A DNA stretch of 64,000 nucleotides from Nitrososphaerota archaeon (GTDB taxonomy: Archaea > Thermoproteota > Nitrososphaeria > PSMU01). The position numbers and the translations under genes were made by a program. The stretch's first letter is position 1. Each line of letters opens with the position of its first letter. Under the pieces are notes generated by a model that worked only from the letters and a program-made list of their open reading frames with translations, ran no database searches and was not told the origin of the DNA. Shown here piece after piece: positions 17,368 to 25,471 of this stretch. Location of the stretch: assembly GCA_040290255.1 (NCBI GenBank), contig PSMU01000003.1, positions 90,437 through 154,436 of the forward strand. The letters run 5' to 3'.

Positions 17368-18609
17368 GTGCGCCAGAGGGTGCGCCTCGAGGAGCCTCCC
17401 CCTGAAGGCTCGCTGCATCTGGTAAACTCGCTCCTACATGTGACCTTCGTGGCGCTGCTGGGCGCGCTGCTGGGCCAGCGGCCTCCGCTGCTCTGGGGCA
17501 CCTTGGCGGCCTTCGCGGTCAGCTCAAAGCTCTTCGCGCTCCAGCTCGAGGCATCGCTCGGGAGGCGAGGCCCTAGTGGAATGATGAGCCTGGCGGCCTC
17601 GCTGGGAATCTCCTCAGGCAGCCTGATCTTCTTGGGCTGGCCCTCCTCGCTCTTGGGGCTGGCCGTGCTCGCGCTTTATGCCACCTACCCTAGGCCCGTG
17701 AGCCTGGGCGAGAGGCCCGTGCTCGATATAGCCCATCACGGCATAAGGTACTGCCTCCTCTTCCTGCTCGGCTACGGCCTCTCCTTTCCCCTCGCCCAGC
17801 CCGCCTCCTACGCCCTTATGGCCATCTTCACCTCGAGCGTGGCAGGCGAGATCCTGTACAGGCTCAGGAGGGGAGGCGATGGGGGCACCGTGGCTCGGCT
17901 GGGCACAAGGACCTCCTCGGCCCTCGCGCTGGCCTTCTTGGCCCTCACGCTCCTGCTCGGCTACCTCTTCCTGAACAGCGTTTACACCTTCAAGGTGGGC
18001 CTGGGAGCGTTACAGCTCTCCGTCTACGACGTGGCGATCCCGGCCCTGGGCCTATACCTTGCCACGCCTCTTCTGGGCGAGCTGGTGAGGCGCGGGGCGC
18101 CCCTGAGGGCCCTGGTGCGGTTCAACAGAAGGGAGCTGACGGCCGCGGTGCTCGTGGCGCTCATCTCTCTTTATCTGTATGCCCAGGCGGGGGCCGTGGC
18201 CGTGGGGAGGGAAGACGGCGCGGACTTCCTCTTGGACCTCAAGATCCGCGTGCTGGTGGCGGGCAGCCACAGCTGGGACGTGCCCTGGATCTGGTTCCGG
18301 TTCAAGGATTACTGCAACTCGTACTACGTCCTGCTCCAGACGAACGGCATCCTGGAGCTGGGCAAGGTCGTGAGGTGCCAGAAGGCGATCCTCGGGAGCG
18401 TGCAGACCTCGCTCTCGCCCTTCAGGGAGCACGAGTACAGGATACTGGCCCAGGGGAGCAGGATAGAGGTCAGCGTCGATGGCCTTCAGTACTTCAACGT
18501 AACCGACAGCTCCCTGAGCTCGGGCAAGGTGGTGATAGGGCTGCCGGGCATGAAGGATAGGTCCTACCCGATGACGCTGGGCGAGCTGCGCTATCAGGCC
18601 CTGCCCTAG
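17368..18609 (+). CDS. Membrane protein: degenerate UbiA-like N-terminus plus C-terminal ConA/DUF1080-like beta domain
   Basis: YATYPRPVSLGERPVLDIAHHG resembles a UbiA loop; C-terminal FRFKD..SYYVLL..G.LEL...GSRIEVSVDG..VTDSSLSSGKV. Confidence 0.65.
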   Translation: MRQRVRLEEPPPEGSLHLVNSLLHVTFVALLGALLGQRPPLLWGTLAAFAVSSKLFALQLEASLGRRGPSGMMSLAASLGISSGSLIFLGWPSSLLGLAVLALYATYPRPVSLGERPVLDIAHHGIRYCLLFLLGYGLSFPLAQPASYALMAIFTSSVAGEILYRLRRGGDGGTVARLGTRTSSALALAFLALTLLLGYLFLNSVYTFKVGLGALQLSVYDVAIPALGLYLATPLLGELVRRGAPLRALVRFNRRELTAAVLVALISLYLYAQAGAVAVGREDGADFLLDLKIRVLVAGSHSWDVPWIWFRFKDYCNSYYVLLQTNGILELGKVVRCQKAILGSVQTSLSPFREHEYRILAQGSRIEVSVDGLQYFNVTDSSLSSGKVVIGLPGMKDRSYPMTLGELRYQALP

Positions 18610-19409
18610 GCCCGACGGGAGGCGTGGTCCACGGCCGCGGCGCCCCTGCCCGCCGTAATGCCGCCGTCGAGCGTGTAGAGCGCGCCCGTCGAGTAGCGGG
18701 CGTTGGCCAGCACGAAGGCGATGAGCTCCGCCAGCTCTTCCGGCTCGGCCACGCGGCCCAGCGGTATCGAAGCCCCCATCTTCCTCCAGGCCTCTTCGGA
18801 GGGCGGGCCTCCCAAGGCCCCCTCGATGAGTGGGGTCCTCACCACACCTGGCGCGACGCAGTTGACCCTTATGCCCATGGGCGCGAGCTCCAGCGCCAGC
18901 GCCTTGGCAAGGGCCAGCACGGCGGCCTTGGACGAGCAGTAGGCCGCGCCCCTTGGATAGGGGGAGACGGCCGCTATAGAGGAGAGGAGCACGATCGAGG
19001 CCCTGGGGCTTCGCTTGAGGAGCGGCAGCGCCAGCTTACAGGCCAAGAAGCAGCCCTTCACGTTGACGGCATATAGGTAATCCCACTGCTCCTCGCCCAG
19101 CTCCTGCAGCGGCGCCAGCAACAAGGCCCCGGCGCTGCACACCAGGAAGTCGAGGGCGGGCTCCCGGCGCTCTATTTCGCCGAAGGCCGCCTTCAGCTCA
19201 TCGGCCCTCGTCACGTCCGCCCTCAGGAAGGTGGCCGAGCCGGAGAGGCCCTGCTCCTTCATGGCGCGCGCGGCCCTCCTTTCATCCCTGGCAATGAGAT
19301 AGACCCTCGACCCACGCATGGCCAGGGCCTTTGCCGTGGCGAGGCCTATGCCGGAGGTGCCCCCCGTGATGGCGGCCACGGTGCCCCTGAGCGAGGTCCC
19401 TTCTGACAT
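18606..19409 (-). CDS. Short-chain dehydrogenase/reductase
   Basis: TGGTSGIG, YCSSK, IRVNCVAPG, DGG. Confidence 0.95.
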   Translation of the reverse strand: MSEGTSLRGTVAAITGGTSGIGLATAKALAMRGSRVYLIARDERRAARAMKEQGLSGSATFLRADVTRADELKAAFGEIERREPALDFLVCSAGALLLAPLQELGEEQWDYLYAVNVKGCFLACKLALPLLKRSPRASIVLLSSIAAVSPYPRGAAYCSSKAAVLALAKALALELAPMGIRVNCVAPGVVRTPLIEGALGGPPSEEAWRKMGASIPLGRVAEPEELAELIAFVLANARYSTGALYTLDGGITAGRGAAAVDHASRRA

Positions 19410-19460
19410 GTCGAGGCTTCGGCGGCTCGCCCTATAAGCCCTATAGCCAAGGGCTGCGGC

Positions 19461-20342
19461 TTAAGATGCCCTGCCCACGAGCGCCCTCATCAGCACCAGT
19501 GAGGCGGGCCCCAGCAGCGCGCCCACGGCGCTGCCTAGAAGGGCTGCGTAGAGCATGCTGGGCATGAGCTGCGCCGAAAAGGGGTAGCTGAGCGGATAGA
19601 GCAGGAGCCCGCCCAGCGCGCCCAGCTCGAGGGCCCTATGTAGGCGCGCCGAAGCGGCCCCCAGGCTTGCCCCAAGCCATAGCGCGAGGCCCGCCAGCGG
19701 GGCCAGGGGCAGGTAGGCCTGCAAAGGAAGAGGGGGCCGCGCCAGCAGCGCCAGGGGGAGCATGTTGGCCGCATAGCTGGAAAGGCCCAACAGGAGAGGA
19801 AGGCGCGGGTTGGCCAGCCCCGCGGGCACGAGCAGGAGGGCGGTGCCCGCCCCCAGCAGAAGCAGGGCCGCCAAGGCCTGGCCCCGCTCCTGCAGCACCC
19901 CCGCCACGTAGAGCGATGAGCCCTGTCCAGTTAGCCAGAGCGCCACGAAGCCGAGCTGCACCAGCCGGGCCCTTTGCGCATCTGGAGCCGCATGGGCCAG
20001 GGCCAATAGGAAGCCCACCTGCGCGGCCAGGAGGCCCAGCGCCAGGGCCGCATGAGGGGGGCTTATGGGCTCTATTTCGCCCCAGAGCCTGTGCTGCAGC
20101 TCGTTCCAGAGCCCGGCCCCCAGCTGCACGCAAAAGCCCGCCGTGGCCAGGCCATAGAGCCCGCTCCGCCTGCGTAGGCCCAAAAGGGCCCAGAGCCCCA
20201 GGCCCGTGAAGGTATAGAGCGCCAGGTGCGCGGGGTTCAGCGGCGGGTCTTGGCTGTAGACGAACCTATGCGAGTAGATATCCCAGTAGCCCGACCAAGC
20301 TTGGCCGATGAGCGCCAGCGCCAGCAGCCCCCTTCGGTCCAC
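19461..20342 (-). CDS. Membrane protein with two W[DN]xxxH...PxH motifs
   Basis: WDIYSH...NPAH and WNELQH...SPPH; about 9 TM segments. Confidence 0.7.
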   Translation of the reverse strand: MDRRGLLALALIGQAWSGYWDIYSHRFVYSQDPPLNPAHLALYTFTGLGLWALLGLRRRSGLYGLATAGFCVQLGAGLWNELQHRLWGEIEPISPPHAALALGLLAAQVGFLLALAHAAPDAQRARLVQLGFVALWLTGQGSSLYVAGVLQERGQALAALLLLGAGTALLLVPAGLANPRLPLLLGLSSYAANMLPLALLARPPLPLQAYLPLAPLAGLALWLGASLGAASARLHRALELGALGGLLLYPLSYPFSAQLMPSMLYAALLGSAVGALLGPASLVLMRALVGRAS

Positions 20343-20412
20343 GCCTTTACCACGAAGAGGAGGCCTTATACGCTTCAGCTACTCTTATATAACGCGATGC
20401 GCCTGGGCGTGC

Positions 20413-20832
20413 ATGTCCGTGCAGGGGCCCATAAGGCTGAAGTGGCTGGAGGGCCTGCAGTTCCTGGCGGAGGATGAGAAGGGCCACGCGGTGCTCATCG
20501 ACTCACCCGAGAAGGGAGGTTCAGGCATCGCATTCACGCCCAAGCAGCTGCTGCTCACCTCCGTGGCCGCCTGCTCGGCCGTGGACGTGGTGAGCATCCT
20601 GAAGAAGATGAGGCAGGATTTAAGGGGGCTGCGCGTTGAGGTCAGGGGGGAGCAAAGGCAGGAGTACCCGAGGTACTTCACGCGCCTCTGGATAAAGTAC
20701 CTGATAAGCGGGAAGGTGAGCCCTGAGGCGGCCCAGAGGGCGATAAAGCTCTCCATGGAGAAGTACTGTAGCGTGGGCGCCACGGTGAGCGGGAGGGCCC
20801 AGCTGGTGACCGCGTTCGAGATAGTTCCATGA
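20413..20832 (+). CDS. OsmC/YhfA-family protein
   Basis: PKQLLL..VAACSAVDV..IL.K, LSMEKYCSV; ATG 20413 lies ~20 nt after TTATATAA. Confidence 0.92.
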   Translation: MSVQGPIRLKWLEGLQFLAEDEKGHAVLIDSPEKGGSGIAFTPKQLLLTSVAACSAVDVVSILKKMRQDLRGLRVEVRGEQRQEYPRYFTRLWIKYLISGKVSPEAAQRAIKLSMEKYCSVGATVSGRAQLVTAFEIVP

Positions 20833-21830
20833 GCGAGGGCCCCCTAGCCGCCCCCCGCCAGGCCCACGTAAGCATAAGGGATACGCTGATCGAAACGGCG
20901 TACTTGGTCTCCTCCGAGCACGTCAACCTCATAGGCACGCTTCACGGCGGCCACCTGATGGACTGGATGGTGGCCACGGCCAGCACGGCCGTCGCGAGGT
21001 TGGCCGCAGGCAGCTTCACGCTGGCCTCCGTGGATAGGCTCTTCTTCCTCAACCCCATCAGGGCGGGCGAGCTCGTGGCCCTAAGGGCCTGGGTGGAGCA
21101 CGTGGGGCGCAGCTCCATGGAGGTGGGGCTCGAAGCCTTTGCCGAGAACCTGCTCACGGGCGAGAGGAGGAGGACCACGCTCGCCCATATGGCCTTCGTG
21201 GCCCTGAACAGGGCGAATAGGCCCCGCGAGGTGCCCACGAAGATAAGGCCCGCGGAAGGCGAAGAGGAGATCTATAGGGAGGCGATAAGGCGCCGGGAAG
21301 AGAGGCTTCGGCGGCTTGGCGAGGGCACCTGCCAGGACGAAGAGGCGGAGACGCCTTGGAGGCTGGGCGCCAGCAGGATCGTCATGCCGGAGGAGGCCAT
21401 TTATGGAAACATAATGTACGCGGGCCGGCTGCTCAAACTGCTCGATGACCTGGGCGCGGCCCTGGCGATAAGGTATGCCAAGGGGGCCGTGGCCACGGCC
21501 TCGCTCGATGAGGTGCATTTTTACCGGCCCATCCTGATCGGCGACATATTAGAGGCGGTGGCCGTGCTGAATTATGTGGGCCGCAGCTCGATGGAGGTGG
21601 GGGTTACCGTGCACGCCTTGGATCCGGTGCTGGGCGAGAGGAGGCACGTAACCACCTCCTACCTCACGTACGTGCACGTGAAGGCGCCGGGCCAGCCCGC
21701 GCCCCTGCCCCCCTATACGCCCAAGACGCAAGACGAGCTCAGGAGGTGGCGGGAGGCGGAGAGGAGGAGGGAGGAGAGGCTCAAGGAGCTCAGGAGGCTG
21801 GAGGCCCAGCCCGCGCCCACCTTTCAGTAG
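20829..21830 (+). CDS. Acyl-CoA thioesterase, double hotdog fold
   Basis: Two repeats: N..GTLHGG..VGRSSMEV and GNIMYAG..VGRSSMEV. Confidence 0.92.
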   Translation: MSEGPLAAPRQAHVSIRDTLIETAYLVSSEHVNLIGTLHGGHLMDWMVATASTAVARLAAGSFTLASVDRLFFLNPIRAGELVALRAWVEHVGRSSMEVGLEAFAENLLTGERRRTTLAHMAFVALNRANRPREVPTKIRPAEGEEEIYREAIRRREERLRRLGEGTCQDEEAETPWRLGASRIVMPEEAIYGNIMYAGRLLKLLDDLGAALAIRYAKGAVATASLDEVHFYRPILIGDILEAVAVLNYVGRSSMEVGVTVHALDPVLGERRHVTTSYLTYVHVKAPGQPAPLPPYTPKTQDELRRWREAERRREERLKELRRLEAQPAPTFQ

Positions 21831-21974
21831 GATGCGGCGGCGCAGTCCAAGATAACGCCCCTGGGCGCTCGTAGGGCAGCGCGGCTTCGGGCCAGCCCCG
21901 GACCGCAAACCAAGGGAGCTGGGGCATAGGGCGCCCTGGCTCATCCTTAAATAGAAAGGGCTCGTGCCTGAAGC

Positions 21975-24038
21975 GTGCAAGTCCCGAAGGCGCTTCCCAT
22001 CCTGCTGATGGCCCTGCTCATGCTATCCTTTGGGAATGTGGCGGCGCAGGGCCCGGGCCTTAAGCGGAGCCCGCCTTTTACGGCCCTGCTTTCCACGCCC
22101 GTTCAGATAGCGCTTGCCGGAGGACTGGCCTCCTCCGAGGCCCAGCTGGCGCCTCGCCTTCAACCGAGCGCGGCGCTGCCCGTTTCCCCGGCGCCGAGCT
22201 CGGCCTTCGGTCCCAACATAAGGGTGACGAAGGATCTGCCGGGCCCGACCCCCTTCGAGAACGAGCCCACGCTGGCCGTAAGCCCCCTTAATGAAAATAA
22301 CCTAGTGGTGGCCAGCCATGACTACAACTCGCCTTATGTAACGGGGTACTTCGTGCCCGCCGTCTACTACAGCTTCGATGGCGGCCATAGCTGGCAGGGG
22401 CCGGTGCTGCTGAACCTGACCTACGGCGACTTCGCGAGCGACCCGGCGCTGGTCGCGGACGCTTCGGGCAACTTCTACCTCTCCTACCTGAGCATAAACA
22501 GCACCGTCTTCGATGACGAAGTCACGGTGGCGGTCTCGAAGGATGGCGGGGTGCGCTGGAGCCTTCATACCGCCGTCAGCCGGGATGCCAAGCACCTGCA
22601 CGATAAGCCCTATATCGCCGTGGGGCCCAGCATCACCTCGCCCGGCTCCCAGGCCATCTACGTGACCTACACGGACTTCCACCTGTGGGATTTCGCCACC
22701 GCGCTGAAGGTGGTGAGGTCGGATGACGGCGGCAAGACCTGGACGCAGCCTACGATGATAAAGTCGACCTCGTATCCCGGGCTCCAGGGCACCGCGCCGG
22801 CGGTGGCGCCCGATGGAACCCTCTACGTGGCCTACTTCGGATTTCTGCCCCTGGGAGGGGAGCCCGAGCCGGGCATCTTCCTCTCCGTCTCCCGCGACGG
22901 AGGCCAAAGCTTCGCGGGGCCCTACCTGGTGAGCAGGGTGAACTTCTGGACGCCGGGCTTCTGCCAGAGCGGGCCCTACGGCTTCAGGACGGCGCCGCTG
23001 CCCTCGATAGCGGTGGGGGCCAGGGGCGAGGTGTACGTAGCCTACAACAGCGCTACGGGGACGCTGACGGCGGGCCCCAGCGATCCCAGCGATATCTTCT
23101 TCGTCAGCTCCTCGGACGGCGGCAGAACGTGGTCCCGGCCCGTGAAGGTGAACGACGATAACACCACCGCGGGCCAGTTCATGCCCTGGATAGCCTTCAG
23201 GAAAAGCGATAGCACCCTACATATAGCCTGGATTGACCAGCGTTACTCCAGGGATTACTTTGGCTACGATATCTTTTATGCCAGCTCGTCCGATGGCGGC
23301 AAAACCTGGTCCAAGAACCAGAGGGTGACGGACTATACCACGAGCCTGCTCTCGACCCCGCTCTTCATGTCCTCCTCCTGCGGTCTCCTCTTCTTTATAG
23401 GCGATTACATCAACATGGCGGTCTCGCCCTCCCAGGTCTACGTGGTCTGGACCGACGGGCGCAGGGGCTACAGGACGGGCGTGAGCTACTTCGGCACGAA
23501 TGAAGATATTTACTTCGCTAAGTTGGGAAACAGGAGCGCCAGCCTGGAGCTTCAGGGGCCGGCGCCCACGGCTGGCTATGGTAGCCAGCTCGGCGTGGCC
23601 GCCTCGGGGCTCTCCGCCTCGGCCTTCTATGACCTCTGGCTCAACAATACGCTTGTGGCCTCTCGCATCAGCGCCGATGCCTCGGGCAGGCTGCTCGCGA
23701 GCATCGTGCTCCCGGCGCTTGCCCAGGGCACCTACAGCGTTAGGCTCACGGAGCCGAACTCGGGGCTCATCCTGGCCACGGCCTTCGTGAATGTGGGGCC
23801 CAACGATGTGCAGCTGGGGATTAACAACGTGGCCGCGCTGGCCTCGAGGCTATCTCAGCAGGCCAACGCCACACAAGAGCAGCTCGGCCTGCTGAGGGCG
23901 AGGCTGGACCAACTCGAGGCCCGGCTTCAGGCCTTCACGACAATAGGATCGACCCTCACGGCCCTGCTGGCCCTGGCGGTGGTGCAGGTGAGCCTGCTCG
24001 CGGTGCTCCTGCTGCGCACTAGGAGGGGAAGAACCTGA
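21975..24038 (+). CDS. Secreted, C-terminally anchored BNR/Asp-box (sialidase-like) beta-propeller protein
   Basis: Signal peptide, six SxDGGxxW/F Asp-boxes, Ig-like segment, coiled coil, C-terminal TM plus RRGR. Confidence 0.85.
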   Translation: MQVPKALPILLMALLMLSFGNVAAQGPGLKRSPPFTALLSTPVQIALAGGLASSEAQLAPRLQPSAALPVSPAPSSAFGPNIRVTKDLPGPTPFENEPTLAVSPLNENNLVVASHDYNSPYVTGYFVPAVYYSFDGGHSWQGPVLLNLTYGDFASDPALVADASGNFYLSYLSINSTVFDDEVTVAVSKDGGVRWSLHTAVSRDAKHLHDKPYIAVGPSITSPGSQAIYVTYTDFHLWDFATALKVVRSDDGGKTWTQPTMIKSTSYPGLQGTAPAVAPDGTLYVAYFGFLPLGGEPEPGIFLSVSRDGGQSFAGPYLVSRVNFWTPGFCQSGPYGFRTAPLPSIAVGARGEVYVAYNSATGTLTAGPSDPSDIFFVSSSDGGRTWSRPVKVNDDNTTAGQFMPWIAFRKSDSTLHIAWIDQRYSRDYFGYDIFYASSSDGGKTWSKNQRVTDYTTSLLSTPLFMSSSCGLLFFIGDYINMAVSPSQVYVVWTDGRRGYRTGVSYFGTNEDIYFAKLGNRSASLELQGPAPTAGYGSQLGVAASGLSASAFYDLWLNNTLVASRISADASGRLLASIVLPALAQGTYSVRLTEPNSGLILATAFVNVGPNDVQLGINNVAALASRLSQQANATQEQLGLLRARLDQLEARLQAFTTIGSTLTALLALAVVQVSLLAVLLLRTRRGRT

Positions 24039-24071
24039 TAGCGTTTTAACCAGGCGCCCTTAGGGCATGGC

Positions 24072-25469
24072 ATGGAGCGCTATAGGGTCGAGGAGGATAG
24101 CCTGGGCGAGGTCCGCGTGCCCCAGGAGGCCTACTGGGGCGCGCAGACCCAGAGGGCCCTCGAGAACTTCCCCATCTCGGGCCTTCGCCTTCCCCAGCGC
24201 TTTATCTGGGCCGTCGCGCTGATAAAGCTGGCCGCGGCCAGGGCCAACGCGAGATTGGGCCTGTTGAAGCCCGAGCTGGCCAGGGCCATCGAGCTCGCCG
24301 CGCGCGAGGTGCTCGAGGGAAAGTGGTCGGATCAGTTCCCCGTGGACGTCTTTCAGACCGGCTCTGGCACCTCCACGAACATGAACGTGAACGAGGTCCT
24401 GGCCAACAGGGCCAACGAGCTCCTGGGCGGCGCGAAGGGGGCGAAGAGGCCCGTTCACCCTAACGACCACGTTAACCTCTGCCAGTCCAGCAACGATGTA
24501 ATACCCTCGGCCATTCATATCTCCTGCTATGAGGCGATCTCACAGGAGCTGCTGCCCTCGCTGGAGGCCCTGGGCGCAGCCCTTCGGCAAAAGGCGCAGC
24601 AGTATGGCGAGGCCGTCAAGGCCGGGAGGACCCACCTGCAGGACGCGGTGCCCGTCACCTTTGGCCAGGAGCTGCAGGCCTGGGCCTCGATGGTGGAGAG
24701 GGGGCTGGCGCGGATTCGTGAAGCTATGAAGTGGCTGCTCGAGCTGCCGCTGGGCGGCACGGCCGTGGGCACGGGCCTCAACGCCCACCCGGAGTTCGCC
24801 ACGCTGGCGGTAAACGAGATAAGGGCCATGACGGGGCATGAATACTTCGCCAGCTCCAACCCCTTTGAGGGCCTGCAGAGCAGGGCAGCGTGCGTGTACG
24901 TGAGCGGGGCCCTCACCTCGTACGCCTGCGACCTCATGAAGATCGCCAACGACCTGAGGCTGCTGTACTCAGGGCCTAACACGGGCCTGGCGGAGATAGA
25001 GCTGCCCGCCGTTCAGCCGGGCTCCAGCATCATGCCCGGAAAGGTCAACCCGGTAATACCTGAGGCCGTCGCGATGGCCTGTGCGCAGGTCATCGGGTAC
25101 AACGCCACCATCGCGCTGGCCGCGCAGCAGGGGCAACTGGAGCTGAACACGATGATGCCCGTCATCGCCTACGACCTTTTACAGGCCATAGCCCTGCTCG
25201 CCAACGCCAGCCGCGTGTTGGCCACGAAGTGCCTTGAGGGCCTCAGGGCCAACGTGGAGCGCATGAGAAGGTATGCGGAATCCAGCCTGGCCCTCGTGAC
25301 CGCCCTGGCGCCCAAGTTAGGCTACGACGCGGCCGCGCAGATAGCCAAGCTCGCCGTGCAGACGGGCAAGCCCATCAAGGAGCTGGTCGTGGAGAGGGGC
25401 CTTCTCAGCGAGGAGGAGGCCTCAAGGCTGCTGGACGTGAAGCGGCTGGCAAGGGGCTCGAAGGCATAG
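24072..25469 (+). CDS. fumC: Fumarate hydratase class II
   Basis: WGAQTQR, FQTGSGTSTNMN, GRTHLQDA, GSSIMPGKVNP. Confidence 0.93.
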   Translation: MERYRVEEDSLGEVRVPQEAYWGAQTQRALENFPISGLRLPQRFIWAVALIKLAAARANARLGLLKPELARAIELAAREVLEGKWSDQFPVDVFQTGSGTSTNMNVNEVLANRANELLGGAKGAKRPVHPNDHVNLCQSSNDVIPSAIHISCYEAISQELLPSLEALGAALRQKAQQYGEAVKAGRTHLQDAVPVTFGQELQAWASMVERGLARIREAMKWLLELPLGGTAVGTGLNAHPEFATLAVNEIRAMTGHEYFASSNPFEGLQSRAACVYVSGALTSYACDLMKIANDLRLLYSGPNTGLAEIELPAVQPGSSIMPGKVNPVIPEAVAMACAQVIGYNATIALAAQQGQLELNTMMPVIAYDLLQAIALLANASRVLATKCLEGLRANVERMRRYAESSLALVTALAPKLGYDAAAQIAKLAVQTGKPIKELVVERGLLSEEEASRLLDVKRLARGSKA

Positions 25470-25471
25470 GG

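Noticed and set aside
19636-20209. Pro/Gly/Ala-rich collagen-like ORFs on both strands
   Set aside because: Alternative frames of the Leu-rich membrane gene; a GC artefact.
21845-21890. TPP riboswitch-like GATAA..CGTAGGG segment
   Set aside because: No CUGAGA or CCUGA core, and it lies upstream of the next gene's promoter.
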